Origin: Kiritimatiellia bacterium
GTDB taxonomy: Bacteria > Verrucomicrobiota > Kiritimatiellia > JAAZAB01
DNA: 64,000 bases
Assembly (NCBI GenBank): GCA_040767085.1
Contig: JAXGPF010000003.1
Span: 160,001 to 224,000 of the forward strand
Direction: 5' to 3'
The translations under genes and the position numbers were made by a program. The notes under the pieces were generated by a model. That model searched no databases and was not told the origin of the DNA. It saw only the letters and a list, made by a program, of their open reading frames with translations. This document shows positions 59,988 through 64,000 of this stretch, in pieces. How positions within the stretch are numbered: the first letter of the stretch is position 1; each line of letters begins with the position of its first letter.

Positions 59988-60748
59988 TTACCCGAAGATT
60001 TTTCCCATTCCCCGGCATCGGCAATATGCACGAAACACCGGCTGGTGTGGGTGGTGTCCCAGTCTGTTAAATCGTATGGATCCTGGGCATGTTTTTGCTT
60101 TTTCCGCCGGCCAGGCGCCAGCCCCATGCCATACGCTGGGCTGGGTTCGCCAACCATGTTGTATCTTGTCTTATTCCGGATCGGAAACCGCCGAATAAAT
60201 GCCGCGCTTTTCATGGGAAATACCATGATTTGCAGTCCGCCATAGACTGACTGCCCTGTTATTTGCTCTTCCACGGTTTGTCCGGATCCCATCGGCGCCG
60301 CCACAAATTGGCGAACGATTCCGGGGCCGGAACAATAGCCGTCTAATTTACGCTGTTCGGGAATCACCAGATAATTCTGGGGATGTCGACTGAGCGTGTT
60401 TTCCCATCGCTGACCGGTAACGGCATTGATTTTGCCGGCAGCCACCAGCACGGCAAACGGATACGCGGAACCACTATCCTCAATGTATGCCGAGTTAAAG
60501 GTCAAGCGCAGCGCTTCTGACTGAGCCATGGGCAGCATGACCCCGCCATGCTCCAGCCAGGCGGCGGAGATTTTTCCGGCAAAATCATCTACGTGGTATA
60601 AAGGGCAACGGTCCGTGGCATTTGGCAGGACATCGCCTTTTCTATCATCGCGCGAGCGCCGCGTGCGCTGAAATGCCACCCGCATTGCAGCGCTGGGATG
60701 GACTTCGGGAAACGAGAATACGAGTTGTTTATTTTCGATTAAAATCAC
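59984..60748 (-). CDS. Conserved hypothetical protein, probably 3'-truncated or degenerate
   Basis: GTG start with AAGGA RBS; FQRT, GGVMLPM.QSEA, GKINAVTG, RQFVA.PMG, RCFVH motifs; its stop overlaps the RT stop. Confidence 0.6.
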   Translation of the reverse strand: MILIENKQLVFSFPEVHPSAAMRVAFQRTRRSRDDRKGDVLPNATDRCPLYHVDDFAGKISAAWLEHGGVMLPMAQSEALRLTFNSAYIEDSGSAYPFAVLVAAGKINAVTGQRWENTLSRHPQNYLVIPEQRKLDGYCSGPGIVRQFVAAPMGSGQTVEEQITGQSVYGGLQIMVFPMKSAAFIRRFPIRNKTRYNMVGEPSPAYGMGLAPGRRKKQKHAQDPYDLTDWDTTHTSRCFVHIADAGEWEKSSGN

Positions 60749-60782
60749 GGCGGTTCCTTTCTACCCGGCAACTACGCCTGTA

Positions 60783-61133
60783 TCACCATTTTCCATCGCG
60801 GACCTCCCTGATCACACGCAAAACGGCGTGATCCGGCATGTCCTTCAATTCCCGGATGATTTCGGCAAACAGGCGCGGGCGTTTCGTTATGATTTCGCGG
60901 AGGTCGGATGACACCTTGCCGGCCATGGCCAGCAGGAAGTCGGGGTCCTCCTGAAGCGCCACCGCCAGGCGCCGGATTGTGGCCTCGGACGGTGGGGCAG
61001 CTATATTCCGTTCAATTTTGCTTAAATATGATGGTTCCAAGCCAATCCGGGCAGCCACTTTACGGACAGTGTAGGTCGGTCCGTTTTCCGACAATTTTTC
61101 TCTTTTATCACGAATATAGTTGCCAAAATTCAT
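60783..61133 (-). CDS. XRE family HTH transcriptional regulator
   Basis: FGNYIR..R...VRKVAARIGLEPSYLSKIER..PPSE. Confidence 0.9.
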   Translation of the reverse strand: MNFGNYIRDKREKLSENGPTYTVRKVAARIGLEPSYLSKIERNIAAPPSEATIRRLAVALQEDPDFLLAMAGKVSSDLREIITKRPRLFAEIIRELKDMPDHAVLRVIREVRDGKW

Positions 61134-61221
61134 AGCAATGTGTAGTATGTCCTACACAGTCATTAATGTCAAGCATGTTTTCTTGTTGATCTAACATTTA
61201 ATCCATCATGGGTGCCGGAAC

Positions 61222-62676
61222 ATGACAACCAGGCTTGAAATATCGGATGATGACTTTGCAGCGGCCATGGCCGCTCAGCCCAAAAACGATTTGTTATTGG
61301 AGGGGAAGTACTGCGACTTACTTAGTGCTATGCAGGACGAAAATATTGAAGATGATGAAATATTTCGATTAGCTACACGGTATTGCATGCCGCTTTCGTT
61401 GTATCACCCGCCCAAATTTTACCTTTTTCCCGGAATAGTCGGCTTCGAATTATTGGTCAATTTGGTTATAGACGTGATGAAAAATATTGCGAAGCGTTCC
61501 GATCTTTCGCCCGACCAACGACAGACCTTGGAATTGTTTAAAAAGGATTTGGTGGGTTTACCTGAAAGTCGCCCGGCAACCGAAAGCAGTTTCAGTTTAA
61601 CCTACCGCCCCCAACCGAAGAATCAAGGAATGCTTAAACATTATTTTGCGTGTGAATTGTCGCCAAGCGAGTTGCATCTGTATGCGGGCGAGTTCGACGA
61701 GATGAATGACCATAACAGCACTTACTCATTTGAACTTGACGCGGACGGTAGATTTGAGGAGAGCGGATTACTGGGGGCATGGCTGGAGTGTATAGGTATT
61801 GCGGAGGATCTATCTTATAAGGTGCTTGTTTCCGCCGTGTTGCCGGTATCGTCTAGGCCGACGGCCACGACTGCCGCACCTGAACCCAAAGACGAAGATA
61901 GGCCGAGTCCGCCCCCGCCGCCGGTTTTGACCTGGGAAGAGATCGAACAAGGAAAGGCGGGGCAACTGGATTTTCCCGCACTTGTGACGGCACCGAGCAT
62001 GGCGGAACGCGCGTTTCTGTCGCTGTCCCGTGAATGGCTGGCGGAATATCAAGGTCAAACTCCGCCCAAGTGTCTAACAAGTCACATGGGGGATTTGGCA
62101 TTAGCGTGTTTGCTGTTGGCTGTTGAATGGGGGAAAGATTTTACGAGGGTTGCACACGCACAGATGGAGGAAAACAGGATCACCGCTGCCGGGCACGCGA
62201 AACCTTCATGGATGAATGAGCTCCCTTGGCAGCTTTGTCAATCCGTCGGCCTGAAGGCGGCTCCAAAGGATACAAAAGCCGTGGCAAATCTGACCGTCAA
62301 CCTGGATCATCATAATTCGTCAATCCGTTACTGGATGATGGAAATCGGTTGGTTCACGGTTCCCTGGCTTGACCGCGTAGAAGCAACCCTCCGCCTCTTT
62401 AAGAACCTAGCGGATACACTCTGCGGACCATTCATGGCGGCAGGACTGGCGTCACGGTTTTTTGACAAAGAGGAGGAATTTTTCAACATTGCCAAGAAGT
62501 TCAAGCCCCCCAAGGGGTTTGAGGATCAGTATCAAGACCGACTGAAGCACGTTGAAAAGCATGGCATTCTGACCATGCAAACGATTTTTTGGCAGGACGA
62601 AGCGATATGCCGGAGGGAAATTGAGCTGGCAGTCTTATCGTGGCGGGTGCGGAAGATGGCAAAACAAAAAACATGA
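61222..62676 (+). CDS. Hypothetical protein
   Basis: 484-aa ORF divergent from the XRE gene; Pro-rich central linker; no recognised motif. Confidence 0.65.
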   Translation: MTTRLEISDDDFAAAMAAQPKNDLLLEGKYCDLLSAMQDENIEDDEIFRLATRYCMPLSLYHPPKFYLFPGIVGFELLVNLVIDVMKNIAKRSDLSPDQRQTLELFKKDLVGLPESRPATESSFSLTYRPQPKNQGMLKHYFACELSPSELHLYAGEFDEMNDHNSTYSFELDADGRFEESGLLGAWLECIGIAEDLSYKVLVSAVLPVSSRPTATTAAPEPKDEDRPSPPPPPVLTWEEIEQGKAGQLDFPALVTAPSMAERAFLSLSREWLAEYQGQTPPKCLTSHMGDLALACLLLAVEWGKDFTRVAHAQMEENRITAAGHAKPSWMNELPWQLCQSVGLKAAPKDTKAVANLTVNLDHHNSSIRYWMMEIGWFTVPWLDRVEATLRLFKNLADTLCGPFMAAGLASRFFDKEEEFFNIAKKFKPPKGFEDQYQDRLKHVEKHGILTMQTIFWQDEAICRREIELAVLSWRVRKMAKQKT

Positions 62677-62981
62677 AGTTAATTAAACAGACCTTGCGCC
62701 CGAAATCCAGCCGGAGCCGGGTGGCAGGCGTGTCGCGGGTTTGCGCGGCGGCAATTGCACGGACGCGCGCGGCGCGGATGATGATCCGGTGCGAGGTATC
62801 GGATGATCTTTCGATGTGGAGTCTGCCGGGATATAGGCCGCGAAATCCACCGAAGAACTGCTGGTTTGTGAGTTGCGCTGGGTGTCTTCCCCCGGATACG
62901 CTGGGTGGCACAACAATCATGGTCTGCATATCAAAGCGATCTGGGCGTGTATTGCACGTTGAATTAGTAAACGGCGAGTGA
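62673..62981 (+). CDS. Hypothetical protein
   Basis: ATGA overlap with the upstream stop. Confidence 0.45.
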   Translation: MKLIKQTLRPKSSRSRVAGVSRVCAAAIARTRAARMMIRCEVSDDLSMWSLPGYRPRNPPKNCWFVSCAGCLPPDTLGGTTIMVCISKRSGRVLHVELVNGE

Positions 62982-62988
62982 AGGTGGT

Positions 62989-63354
62989 ATGGGAGATATA
63001 TTTACAGCCAAATGCCAGTGCGGGTTCAAGTCGCGGGAACTTACCGTGGGGCGCGGGATGATGCACGCGCATCCATATTATCTGCCGGTCGCCTGTCCGG
63101 CTTGTCATGTAATATGGACCGTGGACTCGCGGCGTGGTTGCCGCACCTGCCGGAAGTGCCATACAGCTCTATATTATCTGCATGAGGGCGGAAGTTTCAT
63201 CCCGGCGGACGTGCTGAAACGGCTCAAGGTGGACTATCCCTGGAATTTGGACAATACGGAAGAGGAAGTCGAATCCATGCCCAAGGTTCGCTATCTATGT
63301 CCGCGGCGTGGAATATTTGAAATGGCGCTGTTAGACGCCGGATGTTGGGATTGA
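62989..63354 (+). CDS. Small Cys-rich (zinc-ribbon) protein
   Basis: CQCG, CPAC, CRKC, CP; AAGGTGG RBS. Confidence 0.65.
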   Translation: MGDIFTAKCQCGFKSRELTVGRGMMHAHPYYLPVACPACHVIWTVDSRRGCRTCRKCHTALYYLHEGGSFIPADVLKRLKVDYPWNLDNTEEEVESMPKVRYLCPRRGIFEMALLDAGCWD

Positions 63355-63445
63355 TGCTTGCGGATGGGCCCTGTTTAGATAAAGAAAAAGGGGTTGAGAT
63401 ATTAATCGTTCCCCGCTGTAATCGCATCGGACGGGGATGAAACAT

Positions 63446-63898
63446 TTATTGTTGCGGAGATTGTTCCATAAGGCGGTGTAACCTCGCCACCCTTTCTCCA
63501 CCAGAAACAAAAGGTTCACGGCCTTCTTTTTCCGCTCGTTCCCCTAAAAACACTCCGAGATCGTGCACACGACGAAAGGCATCAAGCAATAGTCCGGTAG
63601 CAGGCCAAGATATTATGGGTTTTATTCGACCTTCGCCATCTGTCGGCATTATTCCTTTTGGCCCACGACCGAGACCAACGCCCAGCACCCACCGTCTATA
63701 GTTGGCAAATTCTGTGCCCCATGTGTTTGGTCTATCATTTTTAAAAGCAATCTGACAACGCTTAGAGCAGAACAGCACGCCCTTCGCCACCTGGTTTTCT
63801 GGAATATCTTTGCCGCATTGCGGGCACAGATAAAATGCGGTGTCTGTTGTGTCGTCATAAAAATGTTTTTTTCCGCTTGACAAATTATCGGCATTCAT
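63446..63898 (-). CDS. Hypothetical protein with N-terminal zinc finger
   Basis: CPQCG...FCSKRC. Confidence 0.45.
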   Translation of the reverse strand: MNADNLSSGKKHFYDDTTDTAFYLCPQCGKDIPENQVAKGVLFCSKRCQIAFKNDRPNTWGTEFANYRRWVLGVGLGRGPKGIMPTDGEGRIKPIISWPATGLLLDAFRRVHDLGVFLGERAEKEGREPFVSGGERVARLHRLMEQSPQQ

Positions 63899-64000
63899 GC
63901 AAATATATTATCACTTTCGGGAACAAGTGTCAACGACGACCTGAAAGACAAATTGCACGTCCGGCGGTCTTTGACGGGGCGCGCGAGGAATAACCTCGTG

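Larger units (their letters stand above)
30523..64000. mobile_element. tRNA-Gly-integrated genomic (defence) island; right boundary not seen
   Basis: Integrase 186 nt after the tRNA, loss of housekeeping genes, visibly lower GC, defence genes and IS elements. Confidence 0.75.

Overview
The window has two parts. 1-30.4 kb is GC-rich housekeeping and envelope DNA; gene content suggests a PVC-group bacterium such as Kiritimatiellota/Lentisphaerota, which is inference only. It carries accA (3' end), aspS, a TrmH methyltransferase, HTH-PTS IIA, a U32-family protein, a YajD HNH protein, an AlgI/AlgJ-like O-acetylation cluster, an MFS transporter, a PhnP-like hydrolase, a membrane pyrophosphatase, ftsW, a LysM protein, tsaB, a MurU-AmgK-like fusion, two aldo/keto reductases and a TM-helix-repeat protein, with nested REP-like repeats and a MITE between genes. 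From tRNA-Gly(TCC) at 30452 onward lies an integrase-headed defence island whose right end is not seen. It contains (i) a SNF2-DUF3883 / DUF1156 methylase / DUF499 ATPase restriction-like system with a Schlafen-NB-ARC-TPR gene and a DUF4062 gene embedded in it; (ii) a NucS-like nuclease; and (iii) a compact, co-oriented, AT-richer string at 48406-59987. That string runs LysR, a 534-aa Argonaute with an apparently intact DEDD tetrad but atypical MID and no full N/PAZ region, a DUF3696-type ABC ATPase, an HDR-motif (PLD-like) protein, a split TPR/OB-fold protein (interrupted by a structured ~190-nt segment that was itself hit by an IS4 element), a ~110-nt structured ncRNA candidate, and a YCDD reverse transcriptase lacking retron, DGR and group II intron hallmarks. 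The RT with its ncRNA candidate, the compact catalytic pAgo coupled to an ATPase, and their co-location are the best candidates for an undescribed system. All domain calls come from motif recognition by eye; no searches were run.
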